Source: Isurus oxyrinchus (taxonomy: Eukaryota). From it: a DNA stretch of 64,000 nucleotides. Where the stretch lies: assembly GCA_026770705.1 (NCBI GenBank), contig JANJGN010000012.1, forward strand, positions 91,574,001-91,638,000, read 5' to 3'. The notes under the pieces are model-generated. The model was not told the DNA's origin and searched no databases. It was given only the letters and a program-made list of their open reading frames with translations. The position numbers were made by a program, and so were the translations under genes. The first letter of the stretch is position 1; every line of letters starts with the position of its first letter. Below are positions 13,356-22,644 of the stretch, piece after piece.

Positions 13356-13477
13356 AAACTACTTCTTGAAATGGGTTCTGCAGCATGAACAAATGTGCCA
13401 CAAGAATTAAGGCAATAGTTTTAGGCCCTATCAGCAGGAGGCACTATTAGGCACATATCAAAACAGAATAGCAAACA

Positions 13478-13900
13478 CTTTTTTTCATGGGATGTGGGTG
13501 TTACTTACAGCACCAGCATTTGTTGCCTATTCCTAATTGTCCTTGAACTGAGTTTGCTCAGCCAGTTCAGAAGGGCAGTTACGAGTTAACTAAAACAAAA
13601 ACAGAATTACCTGGAAAAACTCAGCAGGTCTGGCAACTACATTGTTGCATGTCTGGAGTCACATGTAGGCCAAACTGGGTAAAGTTGGCTGATTTCCTTT
13701 CCTAAAGGACATGAGCAAACCAGATGGGTTTTTACAGCAGTCAATAATTCATACTGAACTAGTTTTATATTTCAGATTTATTAACTGAATTTAAATTCCA
13801 CCAACTGCCATGGTGGAATTTGAACTTGTGTTCCCAGAGCATTAGCCTACACCGCTAACCTACTAGTCCAATGACACTACCATCTTCCTAACCACTACAT
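13478..13900 (-). mobile_element. tRNA-derived SINE with CR1-type 3' end
   Basis: Minus-strand head with A/B-box-like motifs (gtcattggactagta...agttcaaattccacc), 3' end cccacatcccatgaaaaaaa; same head on + at 49609-49712. Confidence 0.7.
13593..13634 (-). mobile_element. 42-bp young PLE terminus inserted into the SINE
   Basis: aaacaaaaacagaattacctggaaaaactcagcaggtctggc is identical to 14109-14150; flanked by aacta on both sides. Confidence 0.8.
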
Positions 13901-14171
13901 TTGGTCAATAAGATCCCTTACAAAAAATACTCAATGTAATCACTATCAACATATGGAGAAGGTGATGGTAGACCTTCTCCTTGAACTGCTGATGATGTGA
14001 TACAATTAAGTGCTTTCCTAAACCACTTCAGAGGACAGTTAAGAGGCAAACACAATGGTGAGACTCAACTGGCAAATAAGGCAGAACTAAAAGGAGCAAT
14101 AGAATGAAAAACAAAAACAGAATTACCTGGAAAAACTCAGCAGGTCTGGCAGCATTGGCGGAGAAGAAAAG

Positions 14172-14210
14172 AGTTGACGTTTCGAGTCCTCATGACCCTT
14201 CGACAGAACT
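14172..14210 (-). ncRNA. Hammerhead-like motif in left-arm pLTR (variant core CUGUCGA)
   Basis: Reverse complement identical to the motif at 19250-19288. Confidence 0.55.
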
Positions 14211-14597
14211 TGATTTCGAGTCCAAGAAAGAGTTGAAATATAAGCTGGTTTAAGGTGTGTGTGTGGGGGGCAGAGAGATAGAGAGAGAGGGGGGGGTGTG
14301 GTTGTAGGGACAAACAAGCAGATCATCAAAAGATGTCAGCGACAATGGTACAAAAGAACACATAGGTGTTAAAGTTAAAGTTGGTGATATTATCTAAATG
14401 AATGTGCTGATTAAGAATGGATGGTAGGGCACTCAAGGTACAGCTCTAGTGGGGGTGGAGGGAGCATAAAAGATTTTAAAATATTTAAAAATAATGGAAA
14501 TAGGTGGGAAAAGAAAAATCTATATAATTTATTGGGGAAAAAAAAGAGGGGGGAAACAGAAAGGGGGTGGGGATGGGGGAGGGTGGGGGGGGGGAGC

Positions 14598-16742
14598 TCA
14601 CGACCTAAAGTTGTTGAATTCAATATTCAGTCCGGAAGGCTGTAAGGTGCCTAGTCGGAAGATGAGGTGTTGTTCCTCCAGTTTGCGTTGGGCTTCACTG
14701 GAACAATGCAGCAAGCCAAGGACAGACATGTAGGCAAGAGAGCAGGGTGGAGTGTTAAAATGGCAAGCGACAGGGAGGTTTGGGTCATTCTTGCGGACAG
14801 ACCGCAGGTGTTCTGCAAAGCGGTCGCCCAGTTTACGTTTGGTCTCTCCAATGTAGAGGAGACCACATTGGGAGCAACGAATGCAGTAGACTAAGTTGGG
14901 GGAAATGCAAGTGAAATGCTGCTTCACTTGAAAGGAGTGTTTGGGCCCTTGGACAGTGAGGAGAGAGGAAGTGAAGGGGCAGGTGTTACATCTTTTGCGT
15001 GGGCATGGGGTGGTGCCATAGGAGGGGGTTGAGGAGTAGGGGGTGATGGAGGAGTGGACCAGGGTGTCCCGGAGGGAGCGATCCCTACGGAATGCCGATT
15101 ATGGGGGTGAAGGGAAGATGTGTTTGGTGGTGGCATCATGCTGGTGTTGGCGGAAATGGCGGAGGATGATCCTTTGAATGCGGAGGCTGGTGGGGTGATA
15201 AGTAAGGACAAGGGGGACCCTATCATGTTTCTGGGAGGGAGGAGAAGGCATGAGGGCGGATGCGCGGGAGATGGGCTGGACACGGTTGAGGGCCCTGTCA
15301 ACGACCGTGGGTGGAAAACCTTGGTTAAGGAAGAAGGAGGACATGTCAGAGGAACCGTTTTTGAAGGTAGCATCATCGGAACAGATGCGACGAAGGCGGA
15401 GGAACTGGGAGAATGGGATGGAGTCCTTACAGGAAGCAGGGAGAGAGGAGCTGTAGTCGAGGTAGCTGTGGGAGTCGGTGGGTTTGTAATGGATATTGGT
15501 GGACAGTCTATCACCAGAGATTGAGACAGAGAGGTCAAGGAAGGGAAGGGAAGTGTCAGAGATGGACCACATGAAAATGATGGAGGGGTGGAGATTGGAA
15601 GCAAAATTAATAAATTTTTCCAAGTCCCGATGAGAGCATGAAGCGGCACCAAAGTAATCATCGATGTACCGGAGAAAAAGTTGTGGAAGGGGGCCGGAGT
15701 AGGACTGCAACAAGGAATGTTCCACATACCCCATAAAGAGACAGGCATAGCTGGGGCCCATGCGGGTACCCATAGCCACACCTTTTATTTGGAGGAAGTG
15801 AGAGGAGTTGAGGGAGAAATTGTTCAACGTGAGAACAAGTTCAGCCAGACGGAGGAGAGTAGTAATGGATGGGGATTGTTCGGGCCTCTGTTCGAGGAAG
15901 AAGCTAAGGGCCCTCAGACCATCCTGGTGGGGGATGGAGGTGTAGAGGGATTGGACGTCCATGGTGAAGAGGAAGCGGTTGGGGCCAGGGAACTGGAAAT
16001 TGTTGATGTGACGTAAGGTGTCAGAGGAATCACGGATGTAGGTGGGAAGGGACTGGACAAGGGGAGAGAGAAGGGAGTCAAGATAACGAGAAATGAGTTC
16101 TGTGGGGCAGGAGCAAGCTGAGACGATCGGTCTACCGGGGCAGTTCTGTTTGTGGATTTTGGGTAGGAGATAGAAGCGGGCCGTCCAAGGTTGGGCGACT
16201 ATCAGGTTGGAAGCTGTGGGAGGAAGATCCCCAGAGGAGATGAGGTCAGTGACAGTCCTGGAAACAATGGCTTGATGTTCAGTGGTGGGGTCATGGTCCA
16301 GGGAGAGGTAGGAGGTAGTGTCTGCGCGTTGACGCTCAGCCTCCGCGAGGTAGATGTCAGTGCGCCAGACAACAACAGCACCACCCTTGTCAGCGGGTTT
16401 GATGACAATGTCAGGGTTGGACCTGAGAGAATGGAGTGCAGTAAGTTCAGAGAGAGACAGGTTAGAATGGGTGAGAGGAGCAGAGAAATTGAGACGACTA
16501 ATGTCGCGCCGACAGTTCTCAATGAAAAGATCAAGAGAAGGTAAGAATCCAGAGGGAGGGGTCCAGGTGGAGGGAGAATATTGGAGATGGGTAAAAGGAT
16601 CCGTTGAACTGGGAGAGGACTCCTGCCCAAAGAAGTGAGCCCGGAGACGAAGACGGCGGAAGAAGAGTTCAGTATCACGCCGAGCCCGAAATTCATTCAG
16701 GTGAGGGCGTAAGGGTATGAAACTAAGTCCTTTGCTGAGCAC
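14598..16742 (-). pseudogene. PLE RT + GIY-YIG endonuclease ORF, 5'-truncated, one in-frame stop at 15099-15101
   Basis: KPADKG, LPKIHK, RPIVS, DVQSLY, GVAMG, RYIDD RT motifs; VYCIRCSQCGLLYIGET...RFAEH endonuclease motif. Confidence 0.9.
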
Positions 16743-16945
16743 TGAACATTCAGCATCGGAGAGGGGAAGGTCAGGGGGTATAGTGAATACACGGCTGGGG
16801 CTGGGATTGGAAGATGGGGTGGGGACGGAGGGACAGGCCGGGGTGGAGGGTCCTAGATGGGTGTTGGTGTCGATGAGTTGTTGGAGCTTGCGTTCCTTAG
16901 CACTTGAGAGAAAGAGAAAAAGTCTCTTGTTGAGGCATCGGATGC

Positions 16946-18853
16946 GACATTCGTCGTCTCAATTTCTCTGCTCCTCTCACCCATTCTAACCTGTCTCTCT
17001 CTGAACTTACTGCACTCCATTCTCTCAGGTCCAACCCTGACATTGTCACTAAACCCGCTGACAAGGGTGGTGCTGTTGTTGTCTGGCGCACTGACCTCTA
17101 CCTCGCAGAGGCTGAGCGTCAACTCGCAGACACTTCCTCCTACCTCTCCCTGGACCATGACCCCACCACTGAACATCAAGCCATTGTTTCCAGGACTGTC
17201 ACTGACCTCAGCTCCTCTGGGGATCTCCTTCCCACAGCTTCCAACCTGATAGTCGCCCAACCTCGGACGGCCCGCTTCTATCTCCTACCCAAAATCCACA
17301 AACAGAACTGCCCCGGTAGACCGATCGTCTCAGCTTGCTCCTGCCCCACAGAACTCATTTCTCGTTATCTTGACTCCCTTCTCTCTCCCCTTGTCCAGTC
17401 CCTTCCCACCTACATCCGTGATTCCTCTGACACCTTACGTCACATCAACAATTTCCAGTTCCCTGGCCCCAACTGTTTCCTCTTCACCATGGACGTCCAA
17501 TCCCTCTACACCTCCATCCTCCACCAGGATGGTCTGAGGGCCCTTAGCTTCTTCCTCGAACAGAGGCCCGAACAATCCCCATCCACCACTACTCTCCTCC
17601 GTCTGGCTGAACTTGTTCTCACGTTGAACAATTTCTCCTTCAACTCCTCTCACTTCCTCCAAATAAAAGGTGTGGCTATGGGTACCCGCATGGGCCCCAG
17701 CTATGCCTGTCTCTTTATGGGGTATGTGGAACATTCCTTGTTGCAGTCCTACTCCGGCCCCCTTCCACAACTTTTTCTCCGGTACATCGATGATTACTTC
17801 GGTGCCGCTTCATGCTCTCGTCGGGACTTGGAAAAATTTATTAATTTTGCTTCCAATCTCCACCCCTCCATCATTTTCACGTGGTCCATCTCTGACACTT
17901 CCCTTCCCTTCCTTGACCTCTCTGTCTCAATCTCTGGTGATAGACTGTCCACCAATATCCATTACAAACCCACCGACTCCCACAGCTACCTAGACTACAG
18001 CTCCTCACACCCTGCTTCCTGTAAGGACTCCATCCCATTCTCCCAGTTCCTTCGCCTTCGTCGCATCTGTTCCGATGATGCTACCTTCAAAAACGGTTCC
18101 TCTGACATGTCCTCCTTCTTCCTTAACCGAGGTTTTCCACCCACGGTCGTTGACAGGGCCCTCAACCGTGTCCAGCCCATCTCCCGCGCATCCGCCCTCA
18201 CGCCTTCTCCTCCCTCCCAGAAACATGATAGGGTCCCCCTTGTCCTCACTTATCACCCCACCAGCCTCCGCATTCAAAGGATCATCCTCCGCCATTTCCG
18301 CCAACTCCAGCATGATGCCACCACCAAACACATCTTCCCTTCACCCCCCTTATCGGCATTCCGTAGGGATCGCTCCCTCCGGGACACCCTGGTCCACTCC
18401 TCCATCACCCCCTACTCCTCAATCCCCTCCTATGGCACCACCCCATGCCCACGCAAAAGATGTAACACCTGCCCCTTCACTTCCTCTCTCCTCACCGTCC
18501 AAGGGCCCAAACACTCCTTTCAAGTGAAGCAGCATTTCACTTGCATTTCCCCCAACTTAGTCTACTGCATTCGTTGCTCCCAATGTGGTCTCCTCTACAC
18601 TGGAGAGACCAAACGTAAACTGGGCGACCACTTTGCAGAACACCTGCGGTCTGTCCGCAAGAATGACCCAAACCTTCCTGTCGCTTGCCATTTTAACACT
18701 CCACCCTGCTCTCTTGCCCACATGTCTGTCCTTGGCTTGCTGCATTGTTCCAGTGAAGCCCAACGCAAACTGGAGGAACAACACCTCATCTTCCGACTAG
18801 GCACTTTACAGCCTTCCGGACTGAATATTGAATTCAACAACTTTAGGTCGTGA
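16946..18853 (+). CDS. PLE RT + Cys-rich linker + GIY-YIG ORF, 5'-truncated but apparently uninterrupted
   Basis: ORF track 17489-18853 (454 aa) is in frame with the junction at 16946; RYIDD; CPRKRCNTC linker typical of the Neptune group; LVYCIRC..C..LYTGET. Confidence 0.9.
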   Translation, partial: DIRRLNFSAPLTHSNLSLSELTALHSLRSNPDIVTKPADKGGAVVVWRTDLYLAEAERQLADTSSYLSLDHDPTTEHQAIVSRTVTDLSSSGDLLPTASNLIVAQPRTARFYLLPKIHKQNCPGRPIVSACSCPTELISRYLDSLLSPLVQSLPTYIRDSSDTLRHINNFQFPGPNCFLFTMDVQSLYTSILHQDGLRALSFFLEQRPEQSPSTTTLLRLAELVLTLNNFSFNSSHFLQIKGVAMGTRMGPSYACLFMGYVEHSLLQSYSGPLPQLFLRYIDDYFGAASCSRRDLEKFINFASNLHPSIIFTWSISDTSLPFLDLSVSISGDRLSTNIHYKPTDSHSYLDYSSSHPASCKDSIPFSQFLRLRRICSDDATFKNGSSDMSSFFLNRGFPPTVVDRALNRVQPISRASALTPSPPSQKHDRVPLVLTYHPTSLRIQRIILRHFRQLQHDATTKHIFPSPPLSAFRRDRSLRDTLVHSSITPYSSIPSYGTTPCPRKRCNTCPFTSSLLTVQGPKHSFQVKQHFTCISPNLVYCIRCSQCGLLYTGETKRKLGDHFAEHLRSVRKNDPNLPVACHFNTPPCSLAHMSVLGLLHCSSEAQRKLEEQHLIFRLGTLQPSGLNIEFNNFRS

Positions 18854-19249
18854 GCTCCCCCCCCCCTCCCCCATCCCCACCCCCTTTCTGTTTCCCCCCC
18901 TTTTTTTTCCCCAATAAATTATATAGATTTTTCTTTTCCCACCTATTTCCATTATTTTTAAATATTTTAAAATCTTTTATGCTCCCTCCACCCCCACTAG
19001 AGCTGTACCTTGAGTGCCCTACCATCCATTCTTAATTAGCACATTCGTTTAGATAATATCACCAACTTTAACTTTAACACCTATGTGTTCTTTTGTACCA
19101 TTGTCGCTGACATCTTTTGATGATCTGCTTCTATCACTGCTTGTTTGTCCCTACAACCACACCACCCCCCCTCTCTCTCTATCTCTCCCTCCCCCACACA
19201 CACACCTTAAACCAGCTTATATTTCAACTCTTTCTTGGACTCGAAATCA

Positions 19250-19288
19250 AGTTCTGTCGAAGGGTCATGAGGACTCGAAACGTCAACT
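19250..19288 (+). ncRNA. Hammerhead-like motif in right-arm pLTR (variant core CUGUCGA)
   Basis: agtt-CTGTCGA-a-gggtc(atgag)gactc-GAAAC-GTC-aact. Confidence 0.55.
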
Positions 19289-20225
19289 CTTTTCTTCTCC
19301 GCCGATGCTGCCAGACCTGCTGAGTTTTTCCAGGTAATTCTGTTTTTGTTTTGGATTTCCAGCATCCGCAGTTTATTGTTTTTGTTTTTAGCAATAGAAT
19401 GAAATCCTGACATTTTCTGTTGCTGTGTTATACTGGAAAATGAGGCTTTGTAATTTGCTGTCCTAAGCAAAGCAGCTGTGACCTGATTCATGCAATTAGA
19501 AATGGTGGTTTGGTTGAGGCTTGTCATACCACCTGCAGTGTTGTGAAGGACCCAGCAGCAGGTGAGAACAGCTGTCTGATCACTACCACAGATGAGACTT
19601 TGCTCATTTCAGCATCTGTTTAGAGAATAGTTAACAACTCTTTACAGAGAGCAAGGCCGGTTTCTGTTGAGAACCTGAATCTTTGGAGATTTGTGTTTAT
19701 CAGGCAAAAATTACATATTTTTGCTTAAACACACATATACTTTTATTTCTTTTTCTACCTCTACAACATCAGCATATTGTATTAACATTAACAAATTGTA
19801 TACAAAATCAAGGTGGAGCATTGAAGAAGCATGCAGTTTTTGGTAATTCTCTTGGTTAATACATTCATTAGGTAAGAGGTAGATCACTAACAAAATTCTA
19901 TAAAGCATATGAGTGAGACTGAGCACATCCATAAACAACATACAAAATCATTGCAGCCAAGCAAATGAGCACAGCTGAGGAAACTGAGTGCAACATGAGA
20001 GTTTGGTGATTGGGAGAGTTTAAAGTGTTAATTTTGTTCTTAAAATCTGATCTAGCCTGTAATTAGCAATAACTGGGAAATACTGTGTAAACAGACTAAT
20101 TTTCTTTCTTTTTTGCAGCTTAGACAGGGTAAATACACTCCGCTGTGAGAACTGAGTAGTTAATTAGCTAACTGGTTGAATCTGGTTTCTCTAGCCCCAA
20201 TTCAGTTGGCTACAAATTCAGGGTT

Positions 20226-21300
20226 GCTTGGCCTAAATAGCCAAGTGGTTATGGTACTGGGTTTGTATTCCTGAGATCAAGGGTTCAAATCTCACAATGG
20301 CAAACTATGAAACAATGTAACTTCATCTGAAACAGATGGAAACGGGTTTGTACTCTTAAAAAAAAAGTTACCTGTCACAGTTTTGGCTTGGCCTAAATAG
20401 CCAAGTGGTTATGGTACTGGGTTTGTAACCCCAAGATCGAGAGTTCAAATCTCACAATGGCAAACTATGAAACAATGTAACTTCATCTGAAACAGATGGA
20501 CACGTGTTTGTGCTCGAAAGAGTATCAGTAAAGTGATATCATCGACAATGCTATCAAGCGGCACTTATATAGCCATAACCTGCTCAATTAGGCTTGGCCT
20601 AAATAGCCAAGTGGTTATGGTACTGGGCTTGTAACCCCAAGATCAAGAGTTCAAATCTCACAATGGGAAATAATGTAACTTCATCTGAAACAGATGGAAA
20701 CGGGTTTGTACTCGAAAGAAATCAAGAGTTCAAAGGCTTGGCCTAAATAGCCAAGTGGTTATGGTACTGGGTTTGTAACCCCAAGATCGAGAGTTCAACT
20801 CTCACAATGGCAAACTATGAAACAATGTAACTTCATCTGAAACAGATGGAAACGGGTTTGTGCTTGAAAGAGTATCAAGAGTTTAAATCTCACAATGGCA
20901 AACCTATGAAACAATGTAACTTCATCTGAATAGGAACAGATGGAACCATGTTTGTACTCGAAAGAGTTACATTGCCGGGCCTTTAGCTTGGCCTAAATAG
21001 CCAAGTGGTTATGGTACTGGGCTTGTAACCCGAAGATCAAGAGTTCAAATCTCACAATGGCAAACTATAAACAATGTAACTTCATCTGAAACAGATGGAA
21101 ACGGGTTTGTACTCGTAAGAGTATCAAGGGTTCAAATCTCACAATGGCAAACTATGAAACAATGTAACTTCATCTGAAACAGATGGAAACGGATCTGTAC
21201 TCGAAAGAAATCAAGAGTTCAAATCTCACAGTGGCAAACTATGAAACAATGTAACTTCATCTGAATCAGATGGAAACGGGTTTGTACTCAAAAGAGTTAC
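20226..21300 (+). mobile_element. Concatemer of five tRNA-Thr-like SINE units with eight B-box/tail modules and unique junction sequences
   Basis: Heads gcttggcctaaatagccaagtggtta at 20226, 20386, 20592, 20736, 20986; A box tagccaagtgg, anticodon-loop-like ttgtaa, B box agttcaaatc; TSD tacaaattcagggtt at 20211-20225 and 21298-21312. Confidence 0.85.
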
Positions 21301-21577
21301 AAATTCAGGGTTCTTAGTGCAGCCAAGGCAACTGAGGGAAGCTAAGGAAATTGATTGCAAACCTGAGTGTTTGGGGAGTTAGGGTGAAGTGGAAATTGGT
21401 TCTTACTCTTAAGCAGGGAAAGGAGATAGCTGTTTGCTCAGTATCTGATAAGTTGATAAATTCTATTCTATCCCTAAGGTTTAAAATACGACACAATTTT
21501 GTGGTAAAATTAATAAAATATATAAAAAAAACAAAATAAATAAGTGAACAATGTAATAAATTAAAACACATTAAGGG

Positions 21578-22480
21578 TGGCAGGACAGGTGATGTGTCAA
21601 GGCTGCCGAATGTGGGAGATCCAGAATACCACTGTGATCTAGGGAAAACACATCTGCAGTAAACGTTTGCAGCTTGACAAACTTCGACTCAGGGTTCACT
21701 GAGCTGGAGGCTGAGCTGTGGACTCTGCAACATATCAGGAAGAGTGAAAGTTACTTTGTACCAGGAGGCAGTCACACCACTTAGGATAGGGTCTTCTGAT
21801 TTGGTCAATGGTCAAGATGGTGTGAATGCAGCTGAGGCATGTAAGGGGACCCAGAGGGCAGGAGTGTCAGCCTCTGCAATTGTCCAATAGGTTTGAGGTT
21901 CTCTCAGCTTGTTTGGAGGAGAGTAGGGGCTGCAGGATAGATGAACAAAATATGGCAATGTGGTACAGGAAGCCATGCAAGTGGGGGGAGCAAGAGTGAA
22001 TGGAGTGGTAGCAGGGGACGGTATAGTGAGTGGGATTGACACCGTTCTCTGCAGCAAAGAGCGAGAATCCAGATGGCTATGTTGCCTGCTGGTGCCAGGG
22101 TTTGGGACATCTTCTCAGGACTGGAGGGAACTTGCAGTGTGAGTGGGAGCATCCAGTTGTCTTGGTCCAAGTAGGTACGAATAACATAGGTAGAACTAGA
22201 AAAGAGGTTCTATATCAAGAATATGAGGAGCCAGGCACTAAATTTAAAAAGCAGAATCTCAAAGGTTAAAATCTCTGGATTATTACCTGAGCCAGCATAG
22301 GGTATATAAAATTAGAGAGATGTTTACGTAGCTCATGTGGGTTCCGGTTTGTGGAGCACTGGCATCAGTACTGGGGAAAGTGGGGGCTGTACTGTTGGGA
22401 CGGTCTATACCTGAACCATGCTGGGACCAGTATTCTTGCAAACCATTTAACTAGGGAAGTAGAGAGGGTTTCAAACTAAA
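21578..22480 (+). pseudogene. CR1 ORF1 (zinc finger/leucine zipper + esterase), disrupted
   Basis: Motifs spread over frames 21960-22142 and 22030-22269; multiple stops and frameshifts. Confidence 0.75.
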
Positions 22481-22644
22481 TAATGGGGGCAAAGGATTAA
22501 AAGGGAAAGATGTAATACATCAGAGTAGAGACAAGGTAAGAGAGAAAAATAGTGATATGGGGAATGAGGGTGAGAATAGCAGGTAAGGACAGAGAAAAAA
22601 ACCTAAGAATGCTACAACAATCAAGGCTAGATGTTGAGATAAAA

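Larger units (their letters stand above)
14110..19389. mobile_element. Head-to-head inverted dimer of a Neptune-type Penelope-like element
   Basis: Left arm minus strand 14110-16944, right arm plus strand 16944-19389; TSD agcaatagaatgaaa at 14095-14109 and 19390-19404. Confidence 0.95.

Noticed and set aside
16853-17260. Novel chimeric ORF across the palindrome junction
   Set aside because: Antisense PLE frame fused by chance to an out-of-frame piece; no domain content.
14924-18527. Long alternative-frame and antisense ORFs over the PLE copies (e.g. 285 aa at 14924-15781)
   Set aside because: Explained by the C-rich, stop-poor composition of the PLE coding strand; they are broken differently in each copy.
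20315-20371. Hammerhead or twister ribozyme in the SINE tail (ctgaaacagatggaaac; actcgaaa shared with the PLE motif)
   Set aside because: No CUGANGA-stem II-GAAA arrangement on either strand and no twister consensus; the shared 8-mer is too short to mean homology.
20226-21060. Functional tRNA-Thr gene cluster
   Set aside because: A/B boxes and a TGT loop are present, but the acceptor and anticodon stems pair poorly and every head is fused to the same non-tRNA tail, as in a SINE.
20226-21300. CRISPR array (repeats with unique spacers)
   Set aside because: Repeats are 140-310 bp tRNA-derived units, spacers range from 0 to 63 nt, there are no cas genes and the context is a vertebrate genome.
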